Shown piece by piece: positions 35,448-46,400 of a DNA stretch of 54,190 nt. This DNA comes from Verrucomicrobiota bacterium. GTDB lineage: Bacteria; Verrucomicrobiota; Verrucomicrobiia; Verrucomicrobiales; DEV007. The stretch spans positions 1 to 54,190 of the forward strand of contig JBCDLR010000001.1 in assembly GCA_038745205.1 (NCBI GenBank), read 5' to 3'. The first letter of the stretch is position 1. Each line of letters begins with the position of its first letter. Position numbers and translations under genes: made by a program. Below the pieces are notes generated by a model that was not told the DNA's origin, searched no databases, and saw only the letters and a program-made list of their open reading frames with translations.

Positions 35448-35495
35448 ACAAAAAAGAACCCCCGATCCTGATTCGAGCGATCAAGACCGGGGGTT
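35448..35495 (-). terminator. Rho-independent terminator downstream of the 412-aa PEP-CTERM gene
   Basis: On the minus strand, AACCCCCG...CGGGGGTT forms an 8-bp GC-rich stem (35457-35464 with 35488-35495). It is followed by CTTTTTTGTGG and lies 49 nt after the stop at 35544. Confidence 0.7.
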
Positions 35496-35543
35496 TGTGA
35501 AACGAATGCTAACGGGATTAAGACTCCTGCTCGCGTCGGCTTA

Positions 35544-36782
35544 TCAACGACGGCGGCGTGTGACGAATCCGAAGATGCCGAGCGCGGAAAGCAAGGCGAC
35601 TGACGGCTCGGGAATCAGGACAGTGAGAGTCACATCCGTGCCGCTGCCCCCCACATAGCTGATAATGCCGAACTGCCCCCCCCCAATCGGAACGGAAGCG
35701 CCTTCGGCCAGACCATCAAATTCTCCGACAACTGCCGCAGCGCTGTCGATCAGGATGATTTCCTCCGCGTCCGTTCCTGTTCCAATGGCGGAGAACTGGC
35801 CCCATGCCGTCAGATCCACAACAAGGGAAGATGTTCCGAGCGTTGATCCGTCGTTGAGGAATGTCGTCCCGGTCACGATTGAAGTGACCCCACCGGCATC
35901 GGCGGTGTAGCTGAGGTTTCCGGTCGTGTCCGCCGCGGCTGCACTCTCACCACCTGCATCAAAATTCGTCGCCATGATGGTCGCGCCGCTTCCTTCGATA
36001 TTGAGGTTGCCTGTAGCTCCACCGCCACTACCAAAGTGCCGCCCAATGCGAAGGTAGCCGGCATCGACGATTGATGCTCCACTCACGTTCATCGTTCCTG
36101 TCGCCCCTTCTTGTTGCCCCACGGACAGGTCACCGGGAATATTCAGGGATCCGCCAGTCATGGTAAGCGTTCCATTCGCTCCGCTTGTCTCGCCCACGGT
36201 CATCCAGTTGTTACTCGATACTGTACCTCCGGAGATATTCATCTGCCCGGTGTTTCCGTCGTTCTGCGCCACGACGATTGCGTTGGCCGAGACTCCCGCC
36301 GAGCCGGAAACATTCATGATCCCGGTTGAATTCCCATTGCCTCCTCCAGCTCCGAGAGAAAGGACGCCGCCGACACCGAATGTTGAAGACCCGGAAATGT
36401 TGTAGGTTCCAGTCGATACTCCGGAGGCATCACCATCGATTCCAACGAGGGCCCAGTTCGAAGCAGTCACGGAGCCAGCTGTATGGTTCACCGTTCCGTT
36501 GGCAATACCTGATGCTCCCCTACCCACATGAAGGTCGAAAAAGGTCGGCACATTTGCGGTAATGTCGGCGGTAAACGAATTGCCGCCACTCCCTACGCGG
36601 ACAATGCCAGCCCCGGCATTCGCTGGAACGCCATCCGGATCCCAGTTGGCAGCGGTGTTCCAATTGGAATCGATTCCACCACCGTCAAAGTTGGAATCTT
36701 GGGCCGATATAGGCGCGGTCAATCCGAGCAGGAATACCAAAGTGGAAGAGATAGCCGGAAAGGCAATTTTACGAGGGTTCAT
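35544..36782 (-). CDS. PEP-CTERM-anchored secreted protein with beta-helix-type Gly/Asn/Thr-rich repeats
   Basis: 412-aa ORF with a signal peptide. It has repeated units ending in ...G(T/Q)(L/M)N(I/V)SGG... The canonical C-terminus is IPEPSVALLSALGIFGFVTRRRR. Confidence 0.8.
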   Translation of the reverse strand: MNPRKIAFPAISSTLVFLLGLTAPISAQDSNFDGGGIDSNWNTAANWDPDGVPANAGAGIVRVGSGGNSFTADITANVPTFFDLHVGRGASGIANGTVNHTAGSVTASNWALVGIDGDASGVSTGTYNISGSSTFGVGGVLSLGAGGGNGNSTGIMNVSGSAGVSANAIVVAQNDGNTGQMNISGGTVSSNNWMTVGETSGANGTLTMTGGSLNIPGDLSVGQQEGATGTMNVSGASIVDAGYLRIGRHFGSGGGATGNLNIEGSGATIMATNFDAGGESAAAADTTGNLSYTADAGGVTSIVTGTTFLNDGSTLGTSSLVVDLTAWGQFSAIGTGTDAEEIILIDSAAAVVGEFDGLAEGASVPIGGGQFGIISYVGGSGTDVTLTVLIPEPSVALLSALGIFGFVTRRRR

Positions 36783-36856
36783 GAGTATAAGCAGGGTGGG
36801 TTTTTTGACGTTAAATCAGTCTTTAGAACCTTGAGAGTAAACAGGCGGCAGGGATT

Positions 36857-36893
36857 GAAAAGAAAAAAGTGCAATAAATTGCACTTTTCTTTG
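36857..36893 (-). terminator. Strong, potentially bidirectional rho-independent terminator about 270 nt downstream of lptD
   Basis: Perfect palindrome AAAAGTGCAAT-aa-ATTGCACTTTT at 36865-36888. It is flanked by an A-run on one side and TTTTCTTTG on the other, so there is a U-tract on both strands. Confidence 0.65.
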
Positions 36894-37159
36894 AGCAGCC
36901 CGGAATCCCTTGTGATTCCATGGAATTTCATGCACGCGCAATGGGTAGGAGGCCCGGAATCCAACCCATTCTCAGAGTTTCATCCCCATCCTGCACCTTT
37001 CCGGTCTCGCCATCCTGTGGGAACCGATTTCTCCGCGGATTCGTCGCACCGCTCAAGAAGCAAACAACCCGATGATCGGGCGGGCCGGGAAAAAGGCCAT
37101 CTTTCCCAACTACTCTCCCTACCCCCTGATCAGACTCTCCTGCTGGGAAACGTTTCGAA

Positions 37160-39682
37160 TCAGTTTCCTGTGCCGCCAGGCTGCAGTTCAAACGGAACGC
37201 TAAGTTGCGGGAAATCCTTGAGGGTCATGAGGAAGACAATGCCAAAGTCGGTGTCCCCCTCGCGATGGTCGCGAATGGTAGCGCCAATGCCCATGGACCA
37301 ACTCGTCAGGTCCTTGTGAAGGGAGTATTGCTGGTATTCGAGCGTGCTGTCGTCGGCCTCGTAGCGGTGGAAGGTGCTCACTCCGAGCGTCTCGGTCAGT
37401 TTCGTGTAGGTCGTCAGCTCCAGGAGGTTGGAGTCCTCGAAGAACGGATGGTCCTGAAGAAGGCGGTTGCCGATGCTGAACTCGAAGTTCTTCGTCGGCT
37501 GGAACGTGAGGCGGGTATTGATCTCGGTGAAATCAAACTCATCACCACTGTTGAAGACGGGAATCTGGGAGTCCACATCGAGGGCGAGCCACGGAAGCGG
37601 CCTCCAACGGGTTTCGTTGTGAATGTTGGAGAAGTCGCGTTCGAACTCGGGATCATCGATGTAGTAGTCGAAGTAAGTATTGGTCTCGAGCCAGTTGTAG
37701 GCGCGGCCATCGCGGACGGTCTGCCAACGCTGGCTGACCCCGGGACGCACGATGTTCCAGCTGACGATGTCATCGACGAAGGTGGACTGGTGAAGATCGA
37801 TCGGACGGAGTTTCGTCGTGGGAACAAACCGGTCGATGCGGCGGATGCGGTCGTCGAGGGACTCGTCAGTGCTGACATAGGAGTAGTTGACGTAGGGCTG
37901 GACGATGTGGCGAAGTCCGTCCACGCCGAGTCGGGGCAGGGCGACGTTCGGCATGTCACGCGAGAGCTTGAACGAGAGATCGAAGCCCGCGTGGAAGGTG
38001 GTCCGATCGAGGGAATTGGAGAGCCCGGATCGGTCCGCCGGCGCGGTCCCCACAGTCGTTTCCGTGACGTCAGAGACGGAACCGTCGTCGCCAGTCTCAC
38101 TCCCGGTGATCGTTGTCGTCACGCCGGTAACTTCCACACCCTCATCCGTGTCGATGTCGTTGTAGGACGTGTAACGGAATCCAACGCGCGGATTGAAGTT
38201 CAGCCAGCCGAAGAACTCCTGCGGAGCGTTGATCTGGTGGTAGGTATCGAAGCGGTTGTAACCGGTTGTCTGCCCGAGCTGGCGGGATAATTCCTCAATC
38301 ATCGATTCCGTCTCCGTCACGCTGAAGTCGGGGTCCTTGAGCAGGGTGCCTGCCGGATCCTCAAGACGGCGCGAACCCTTGCCGATATCGGTGAGGAATT
38401 GCTCGCGCTCAAGGTCTCCGAGTTCCTCGTCGTAGATGCCGAAACTGGTTTCGCCGGTGTAGAAGAGCCCGGTGTCGAAAATGGGCTGCGTCGTGAAGTC
38501 GACGGCGATCTCCGGAAGCCGGGTGTCGTTGCGGTAGAAGTCGTTGACGTCAAAACGCGTGAGCAAGCTGACCTGCCCGCGTGGGAAAATTTTCTGCAGG
38601 TTCAGGAGATTGTCCGGCTGCGGGTCGATGCGGAATTCCTCTTCAAAGAAGTCCTCATAGAAGAAGCCGTCGCTGATCTTGTTGATGTCGATGTCGAGGT
38701 AGAGCGTGCTTTCCTCCGGACCGGGCAGGTAGATACGGTGTTGCAGGTTCACGCGGTAACGGGTGGAGTCGATGTCGACGTCTTCACGAATGCGACCGGA
38801 ATTGGAGATCGTCGTGTCCGTGTCGTTCGCGATGTAGAACTTGAAGTTCCCGAAGTTGGGATTGTCCTCGAAGCGGATGGACTTGAGGTCAATGCCCCCG
38901 GCCACGCCCCGCTTGCTCCGATAGTCGAACCGGAATGTCGCAATCGTGTGATCGCCGATCATGATCCCGTAGCGGTTCAGGAGGAACCCACCCCAGTTGT
39001 CGCGGAACCCGGGAAGAAAGTGGTATCCGAGTTCCTCGTCGAGGGGCTGGGAGAGATAGGGAAGGTAGAAGACGGGAACGTTCCCGGCATAAATCGTCGC
39101 CTTGCGGAAGACCACGCGCCGGTCGCGACCGTTCGGGTAGATCGTCATCTTCTTCGCCCGGATCTTGTAGTTGGGCGTTGCGGCGTCATGGGTCGTGAAC
39201 TCCGCATTCATCATGGAGATCTTGTCGAGCGCCTCGGCGTCGGTGCTCATCTCGTCGGTGGTGTAAAAGAGCGGGGCCATTCCGCTGCGAAGGGAGGTCG
39301 ATTTCAACTCCTCCGTGCGCACGTTGTAGACAATGGACTCACCGCGGAAAATCTGTCCGGCGCGGTAAACGGAAACCGACCCGTCGGCAAAAATGTCGCC
39401 GGTCGAATGGTGGTATTGCGCCTTTTCCGAATAGATCTCCGTGCCACCGACCTCGATATGCACGTTGCCCTCGGCGCGAGCCACATCGTTGCTTTCCCAA
39501 AACGCGTTGTCCGCGGTCACAGTCAGTCCGGTATCTTCGATCCCTTGCGCCAGACTTCCCATGGACGCACCGTCCTCTTCCTGCACACCCTCTTCTTGCG
39601 CAAAAACCACACTGGTCCCAGACAGCAAAAGACTTCCAACAGCGCCCGCAAGAGCGCCTCTGAGACTAAGACGGCTTAGCAT
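37160..39682 (-). CDS. lptD: LPS-assembly outer-membrane protein LptD (OstA family)
   Basis: The ATG at 39682 gives a signal peptide (MLSRLSLRGALAGAVGSLLLSGTSVVFAQ). The OstA-like N-domain is TADNAFWESNDVARAEGNVHIEVGGTEIYSEKAQYHHSTGDIFADGSVSVY. A large Tyr/Asp/Phe-rich beta-barrel follows. Confidence 0.8.
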   Translation of the reverse strand: MLSRLSLRGALAGAVGSLLLSGTSVVFAQEEGVQEEDGASMGSLAQGIEDTGLTVTADNAFWESNDVARAEGNVHIEVGGTEIYSEKAQYHHSTGDIFADGSVSVYRAGQIFRGESIVYNVRTEELKSTSLRSGMAPLFYTTDEMSTDAEALDKISMMNAEFTTHDAATPNYKIRAKKMTIYPNGRDRRVVFRKATIYAGNVPVFYLPYLSQPLDEELGYHFLPGFRDNWGGFLLNRYGIMIGDHTIATFRFDYRSKRGVAGGIDLKSIRFEDNPNFGNFKFYIANDTDTTISNSGRIREDVDIDSTRYRVNLQHRIYLPGPEESTLYLDIDINKISDGFFYEDFFEEEFRIDPQPDNLLNLQKIFPRGQVSLLTRFDVNDFYRNDTRLPEIAVDFTTQPIFDTGLFYTGETSFGIYDEELGDLEREQFLTDIGKGSRRLEDPAGTLLKDPDFSVTETESMIEELSRQLGQTTGYNRFDTYHQINAPQEFFGWLNFNPRVGFRYTSYNDIDTDEGVEVTGVTTTITGSETGDDGSVSDVTETTVGTAPADRSGLSNSLDRTTFHAGFDLSFKLSRDMPNVALPRLGVDGLRHIVQPYVNYSYVSTDESLDDRIRRIDRFVPTTKLRPIDLHQSTFVDDIVSWNIVRPGVSQRWQTVRDGRAYNWLETNTYFDYYIDDPEFERDFSNIHNETRWRPLPWLALDVDSQIPVFNSGDEFDFTEINTRLTFQPTKNFEFSIGNRLLQDHPFFEDSNLLELTTYTKLTETLGVSTFHRYEADDSTLEYQQYSLHKDLTSWSMGIGATIRDHREGDTDFGIVFLMTLKDFPQLSVPFELQPGGTGN

Positions 39683-39849
39683 GAGTGAGATATTCCCAAA
39701 TGTTTTGTGGACGTTAAGCGAAAGAATTCCGCCCGTAAACCGAGGAATCTGAAGAAAATCCGGTCGCAAATTATAGAAAATATAACTGTTTTTTATGGCA
39801 CCGCCAATCGCTAATTCTTCCGAATGGTCGGGAATCCCGAAGGACGCCC

Positions 39850-40626
39850 CTAGGTTGGCGGAAAGCAGATTCCTTTTTGGCTCCTCGCGCCCAGAAATTC
39901 AAAGAATTTTCGGGCCAGCGACCCCCATTTTTCCATTTCGACCCCCGCCAGCACCTCGCCCAGCGGCTGGTCACCTCGAAAGACAAGGGAATAGGCGCGC
40001 TTCAGCTCTTTTCGGGCCTCGCCGTCCGCGCCGGCCCGCCTCAATCCAATCACGTTGAGTCCGTGTAATTCATTGAGTCTCGCAGCCACACAATAGGGCG
40101 CGATGTCCTTGCTGATCGCTCCGTTCCCTTGAACGATGCACCCGTTGCCCAGCCGGATGTGTTGGTGAAAAACGGCCCCGCCGCCGAGGAAAACCTTGCT
40201 CCCGACCTGCACATGCCCGGCGAGGAGGCAGTTGTTCGCGATGACGTTCCCGTCCCCGAGCTGCACGTCGTGGGCGAGGTGAACGCCCCCCATGAGAAAG
40301 TTGTCGTCACCGATGACGGTCATCGATCCTTCCTTCGACCCCCGGTGGATTGTGCCGTATTCGCGAATTCGGTTTTTCCGCCCGATGCGGATACCACTCT
40401 TGACGGTGGGTGCGAAGGAAAAGTCCTGCGGTTCTTCCCCGATGATCGCGCCGCGACCTATCAAGGTTTCTTTCCCGACTTCCACATCACCGAGCATTTG
40501 TGCATGAGCGAGGACTCTTACACCGGTTTCCAATTTCACGGGGCCCTCGATGATCGCATACGGACCGATCTCGACACCGTCAGCAATCATCGCTTCCGGC
40601 GAGACAATGGCAGTGGGGTGAATCAT
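39850..40626 (-). CDS. lpxA: Acyl-ACP--UDP-N-acetylglucosamine O-acyltransferase
   Basis: The ATG at 40626 gives MIHPTAIVSPEAMIADGVEIGPYAII. Hexapeptide repeats run throughout, with a helical C-terminal domain. The length (~258 aa) is typical. Confidence 0.85.
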   Translation of the reverse strand: MIHPTAIVSPEAMIADGVEIGPYAIIEGPVKLETGVRVLAHAQMLGDVEVGKETLIGRGAIIGEEPQDFSFAPTVKSGIRIGRKNRIREYGTIHRGSKEGSMTVIGDDNFLMGGVHLAHDVQLGDGNVIANNCLLAGHVQVGSKVFLGGGAVFHQHIRLGNGCIVQGNGAISKDIAPYCVAARLNELHGLNVIGLRRAGADGEARKELKRAYSLVFRGDQPLGEVLAGVEMEKWGSLARKFFEFLGARSQKGICFPPT

Positions 40627-40731
40627 CCTGGCGCTACCTTCGGCGATCAATCTTCATTTTCCACCCTCGATCAAAAGCGGGGCGGGGATGACGAAAAAGG
40701 AAAAACTTTCCCTTCGTCGCCTCCTGCACGG

Positions 40732-41406
40732 TTATTTTTTTGCCGAGTAGATGGACGCAATTCCGCAGGTCTGCGGCTCCGCCCTCGCTTCGCTGAATCC
40801 ATTCTCAACTAACAACTCACACATCGCCTCACCCGAAGGAAAATCCTCGATCGTTCCTCCCAGGTAATCGTAGGCATGGCGTGCTCCCGTCAACCAGCCC
40901 GCTACGCGATTCAGGACTTGATGGAGATAGAAACGGTAGCCGGCCCGAACGACCGGATTCCTCGGCAAGGAGAAATCGAGCACATACAAACTTCCCCCCG
41001 GTCGAATCACGCGCGCCATCTCCCGCGCGCCACCCGCCCAGTCCTCCATGTTACGGAGGCCAAAGCCGATCGTGACCGCGTCAAATCCCCCATCGTCAAA
41101 AGGCAGGTTCATCCCGTCCGCGACTGTCGTGTTCGACACGCCGCGTTCCCTCGCCACCTCGAGCATCGGCTCGCAGAAATCCGCGGCCACAATCATTGCC
41201 GACGGAAGCCGCTTCCCCAAGGCGAGTGCCAAGTCGCCCGTTCCGGTTGCGAGGTCAAGAATCCGCGACGGATTCTCCCGGGCCACCATCGAGGCCAAGC
41301 GCCGTCTCCACAGCTTGTCGATGCCGAGGCTCAACACATGATTGGTCGACACATATTTTGGCGCGATTTCGGCGAATGCTTCACGCACATAGACAGGATC
41401 CTGCAT
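40732..41406 (-). CDS. ubiE: Demethylmenaquinone/ubiquinone C-methyltransferase (UbiE/MenG family)
   Basis: The ATG at 41406 gives MQDPVYVREAFAEIAPKYVSTNHVLSLGIDKLWRR. The SAM motif is ILDLATGTGDLAL, and TIGFGLRN is also present. Confidence 0.8.
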   Translation of the reverse strand: MQDPVYVREAFAEIAPKYVSTNHVLSLGIDKLWRRRLASMVARENPSRILDLATGTGDLALALGKRLPSAMIVAADFCEPMLEVARERGVSNTTVADGMNLPFDDGGFDAVTIGFGLRNMEDWAGGAREMARVIRPGGSLYVLDFSLPRNPVVRAGYRFYLHQVLNRVAGWLTGARHAYDYLGGTIEDFPSGEAMCELLVENGFSEARAEPQTCGIASIYSAKK

Positions 41407-41472
41407 TACCAACAAATACGTCGGCCCAACCCGAACTTCCGCAAGCAATGTGAAACGATCCGTGGAGAATGG

Positions 41473-43416
41473 CTACTCACCAAAACTCCAGCGCTTCAAC
41501 AGGCCTTCGGCTCCGGAATACTCAACCAAGGCGATATCGACCGGTCCAAGCTCAACCGGGAGATAAAGCCGGACCAGCCTCGTCGTGCCTTCTACCGGCA
41601 GCGTCAGCTCCCGTTCCTCCCAGTCACCCGTCCCCTGAAGAGTGAAGGGAACGCCCCGTCTGCCGTTCGGGAAATTCTCATCCTTCGTCGTCATCCAGCG
41701 GACCGCCCCTTCGCCCTGCATTCCGCGCAGGCGAAGCTTGACGGTGATCGGACCGTTCGCCTTGATCCGCGCCGTTCCGAGAAACGGCGTTCGTCCGTCG
41801 GCGTCGACACGCAGAATGCCATCGACCACTTCCATCTTCGCCATCTTCGGAACAAGACCAGCCGCGGGATCACGGTCGGTGCTCGCGTCAAGCGGACTGT
41901 AAGCCGGATTCAAAATCGGCGGAAGGGCGCCGGTTTCGTCCATGAAGCTCTCGATCAAGGCTTCCAATTCCCCGACTTTCCCCGGCATCGATGCGGCAAG
42001 ATTCCTTGTCTCTCCAATGTCCTCCTTGAGGTTGTAGAGTTCGCGAACCTCCGGGTATTCCGAATGCGGTTCCCATCGGTAGATCAGCTTGAAATCGCCA
42101 ACCCGAACCGACACGGCGGGCACGCCATGCGGGAACCATGAAAACAGCGCCTCACGTTGCATTTCCCCCTCTTGCTCCAGCACGGGGAGAAAGCTTTCGC
42201 CGTCAATGATGTGGTCCGCGGGACGGTCGACACCGACCGCGTCGAGTATCGTCGGATACATGTCGATCGGTCCCACAATCACGTCGCTCACGCTTGCCCC
42301 GCGAATTCTCCCGGGCCATCGCACCATGAGCGGAACACGCTGCCCGCCCTCGTAAATGCGCGCTTTTCCTTCCCGCAACGGGGCGTTGTTCGTCGGAGGC
42401 TCCGGTCCTGCCCACCGTCGCCAGTCTTCGAGGAAATCAAACTTGGGATGCCCCGGCTTGATGCCGACCAGTTTGCGATCGTCTTCGACGTTGCTGTGCA
42501 CGTTGCCACCGTTGTCGGAATAGAAAATGAGGAGGGTCTTGTCCGCGATTCCGAGATCGTCGAGTTTGTCCATGACGCGCCCGAGGCTGTCATCAACGCT
42601 TTTGAGCATCGAGGCCATGATCGGATTACGTTGATGGCCCCGCGGGTCGGTTTTCTTCGCGAATTCCCGTGTGTACTCCTCCTTGTGCCCCCACGGCCCA
42701 TGAACGCCGTACTGCCAGAGGTTGACGAAAAAAGGCCCATCTTTGTGGGTCTCGATAAACTCCAGCGCCTCGTCCGTGAGCCGGTCCGTGATGTATTCGC
42801 CTTCCGGTCCATCGGTGATGTTGCCCACCTTGTTTTTCCCGGTTGGGCGACCTTCCGTCATCACGCCGTAGGGAGAAAAGTAGCTTGGAGGACCGGGATC
42901 AGGCGCGCAGTGCCAGGTCGCCTCGAACCCATACTGGTCCGGTCGGTGCTCCGGCATCAATCCAAGGTGCCATTTGCCGAAGTGCCCGGTGCGGTATCCT
43001 GCCGATTGCAGGACCTCGGCCAGCGTCTTTAAAGCGGGATCGAGGTAGTTCTTGCTCGCGGCGTAAATGAATTTCTTGTTCGACGGAACCTTTTCGGGAT
43101 ATCGCGAAGCGTCCGCGGGCTGCGGCGAACGATGACCGGAAGCAGACGTCAACCCGTGACGGGACGAATACTGCCCGCTCAGGATGGAAGCCCGGCACGG
43201 CGAGCAAAGTGGCAGCGCGTAGGCGTCCGTAAAACGCATCGCCTGCTTGGCGAGGCGCTCCATGTTCGGTGTCTCGTAATACTCCGAGCCGTAGGGCGTC
43301 GAATCCATCCAGCCCATGTCATCGACGAGAAAGAAGACGATGTTGGGCTTGTCGGCGAAGGCCAAACCAGGAAACACCTGGGACAGGAGAAGGAGAATCA
43401 AGAGAACGGCTTTCAT
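41473..43416 (-). CDS. Cys-type sulfatase with a C-terminal beta-sandwich extension
   Basis: The ATG at 43416 gives a signal peptide (MKAVLLILLLLSQVFPGLAFA). PNIVFFLVDDMGW and the formylglycine motif CSPCRASILSG are present. Confidence 0.85.
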   Translation of the reverse strand: MKAVLLILLLLSQVFPGLAFADKPNIVFFLVDDMGWMDSTPYGSEYYETPNMERLAKQAMRFTDAYALPLCSPCRASILSGQYSSRHGLTSASGHRSPQPADASRYPEKVPSNKKFIYAASKNYLDPALKTLAEVLQSAGYRTGHFGKWHLGLMPEHRPDQYGFEATWHCAPDPGPPSYFSPYGVMTEGRPTGKNKVGNITDGPEGEYITDRLTDEALEFIETHKDGPFFVNLWQYGVHGPWGHKEEYTREFAKKTDPRGHQRNPIMASMLKSVDDSLGRVMDKLDDLGIADKTLLIFYSDNGGNVHSNVEDDRKLVGIKPGHPKFDFLEDWRRWAGPEPPTNNAPLREGKARIYEGGQRVPLMVRWPGRIRGASVSDVIVGPIDMYPTILDAVGVDRPADHIIDGESFLPVLEQEGEMQREALFSWFPHGVPAVSVRVGDFKLIYRWEPHSEYPEVRELYNLKEDIGETRNLAASMPGKVGELEALIESFMDETGALPPILNPAYSPLDASTDRDPAAGLVPKMAKMEVVDGILRVDADGRTPFLGTARIKANGPITVKLRLRGMQGEGAVRWMTTKDENFPNGRRGVPFTLQGTGDWEERELTLPVEGTTRLVRLYLPVELGPVDIALVEYSGAEGLLKRWSFGE

Positions 43417-43474
43417 CGATCGAAGGCAAATCAAGGTCTGGACGTCAGGGCAAGGTTTGGATTCGATTTGGCGC

Positions 43475-46400
43475 CTATCTTTCCTTCACGGTTAGAACTC
43501 CCCTCATGAGGAAGGCGTGGCCGGGAAACGTGCAGACGTAATCGTAGTCGCCCGGCACTTCGGGGGCGACAAAGTCCAGTTCCACCTCGACTCCGCCATC
43601 GATCATGTCGGTGTAGGCGAGGATATCCGAGGAATCCGGAATGAACTGTTTGGCAAATCCGTCGGCACCCATGGCGATCGCAGCGTTGCCGACCTCGGTG
43701 GCCGTGCCGGGATTCATCAGCACGAGGTTGTGCGGGAGGGCATCCGGATTCGCGAAAATGATGCGGGTCTGTTTTCCGGCCGTGGTTTCCAGCTTCGTCA
43801 CATCGTAGCGGAGTTGCTCGACCACGGTGTTCACTCGAAGGACCGTCAATTCCGGCGTCTCCGAGACAAGGCCGCCGGGTTCGATTTCCATGACTTCCTC
43901 TTCCTCGATGACCTGCGCGCCCAAGGCCGGATCAGCAACGTCCCAGTGGTGCTTGACCGTCGCGGCAGCAAGGCGCGCGTGCTGCACCGGTGAATTCAGG
44001 ACAAGTTGGAGAACCTCCCGGTTGCGGACGTTGTGTTGCTGATGGACCCACAGTCCCTCGAGCAGATACCCGGCGTGGTCCGGGTTCTCCGGATCCCATT
44101 TCGCCATCCATTTTTCCGCGGCGGTGATGACCTCGCTGCTCTCACGCTCCGACAACTCGACGCGGGTGCGGTGCCGGACGCCGTCCACCGGGTGCTCGAG
44201 ATTGGACATGAGTTGGTCGAGAGGCTGGCCGTCGATCGCAACTGGCTCTTGGAACGGCCGAGCCGGATAGGTCATGCGGTAGATCCTGCCATGACTCTTG
44301 TCGCGGTTGGGGTCGCGGATGTTGTGCTGCATGTGGCCGATGATGACATTCGACCAGTCGGAAACATAGAGCGCACCATCCTCTCCGAAGACGGCATCAG
44401 TGGGCCGGAAGTTACCGTCGTCGGATCGAAGCAAATCTTCTTCCGGCGTACCCCAGACCTCGCCGAACTCGTGTTCAACGGTCACTTCTTCGCGGATCTT
44501 CTTGCGGGTTTCCTTGTCCCGCTTCTCCACGATTCCCGTCCGCGTGATGCCCTCGCGTTCGAGCCTGTAGTTCTTCAAACCGAGGAAGCCGATCGTGTTG
44601 CAGACGAGGAAATTCCCCTGGATCTCGTCCGGAAAATGCGAGCTTGAGACGATGGCGTTCGCCGCGACCGGACGCACTTCCTTCGTCAGTAGCTGGTGCA
44701 TCTTGAAGCCCGACCCCTCCGGCCGCACCTGGTAGCAGCGCCCGCCCGTGCCATCGCTCGCATAGTGGTAGCCCCAGTGATCAAAGGAGATGCCGTGCGG
44801 GTTCGGGGAATTGGCGGCGTGATAGGCGATCGTGTGGCGCCGAGGGTCCCAGCGATACATGGCCGAAGCTGTTGTCGTCAGCGGCGGACCCCAGGGATGC
44901 TCGTGGTTGTGCTGCAGGAAGACGCCGCTTTGCCAGTAGATGTGCCCATCCGGACCGTAGATCAGGTTGTTGGCCGTATGGTGCGTATCGGATGAACCGA
45001 AGCCGCCGAGCATGATCTGCCGGACATCGGCCACGTCATCGCCGTCGGTGTCCTTGAGGAAGATGAGGTCCGGCTGCGAGGTGACGAGCACGCCTCCGTT
45101 CCAGAACTCGAAGCCCAGCGGGTTGTGCACGCGGGCAAACTCCTTGCAGGTGTCCGCAACGCCGTCCTTGTCCGTGTCCTCGAGGATGACAAGCGCGTCC
45201 TTCATCTCCTTGAGCGGCTCCCACTTCGGATACGTCGGCCACACCGCCGCCCATAGACGCCCTTTGGTGTCCACCTGCATCTGCACGGGATTCACCATCT
45301 CCGGGAACATGGTTTCGTCGGCAAAGAGATTGACCTCGTAACCCTCGGGCACCGTCATCTTCCGGAGTCCTTCGATCCCCGAGATGTATTCGAGGCTCCC
45401 CTCCTTGGCGGCGTTCGAACTCTTGGACCCGCCACCCACGTTGGAAATGACGGGAATCGGATCGGGTACGTTCCCGTCGCTCACCACCCATGCCTTCCCC
45501 TGCGCCGCCGCCCAGATGGCTTCATCGCGGTTCGCGCTCATGACGTCGATCATGGCGAGCTCGTGCTGCAGGACTTCGGCGTTCGTCTGGTCGTTGACGA
45601 ACTTCAGCTTGGAGCGTCCACCCCACACGTCATTGCCGTCGGTCGCGCGGTAACGGTTGAACCAGTGCCAATTCTTGTCCGATACGGCGGCGGCAATTTC
45701 GGTCAGCGGTTTCTCTCCCGGATCCACGCCGGTAAGGGTCTCCGCAATATGGCGCCCGATGAGCTCATTTCCCCGGTCATTCAAGTGAATGCCATTGATC
45801 GTCAGCGGCTCTTCATGCTGGATATAGAGCCCCTTGGAGACGTTGAAAAGGTTCACATAGGCGACGCCGGCCACGGCGGCGGCTTCGCGGGTCGCTTGTG
45901 TGTACTTGGTGAGACGCTTGTTGTTCGCGCTCCCGTCCGGCAGATTGGGATCCCCAAGATCCTCGTGTGCGATAGGACTGAAGAGCACAATGCGAGGAAA
46001 GGATTTTCCGTTCGGCTGATAGCCCCGCAGCTCGTTCACGAAGTTGACAAGGCGGGTGGTGTAATCACGGTGATCTTCCTCAAAGGATTCGTTGTAGCCG
46101 AAGAAGCAGAAGATCACGTCCGCCCCGACGTGCTGCAGGTAGGCGTCCATTGAGTTGTACCCCTTGGAGCGAGGAAAGATCCCCACCATGTCCCCGGAGA
46201 CGCTCATGTTCCGAAAGCTGAGCTGGTGATTGGGGAGGACACTTTGAAACGGTGTCTCGAGCCAGCCTCCGTGCTGGAATCTCTCGCCGAGCGAGTTCCC
46301 GAGGATCGAAATGACGTCGCCTTTCCGGAATTCAAATGCTTCAGGGTCGCGGTAGTTCGACGGCACCTTGACCGTGGGTCTCACGGACAGCTCCTGCGCC

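Noticed and set aside
37205-39679. Two long plus-strand ORFs (361 aa and 426 aa) opposite lptD
   Set aside because: They are Val/Gly/Arg/Glu-rich shadow ORFs. The minus-strand frame has a signal peptide, an OstA-like domain and beta-barrel character.
40876-42141. 421-aa plus-strand ORF spanning the ubiE and sulfatase genes
   Set aside because: It crosses an intergenic boundary of two well-supported minus-strand genes. Its composition is Arg/Pro/His-rich and it has no motifs.
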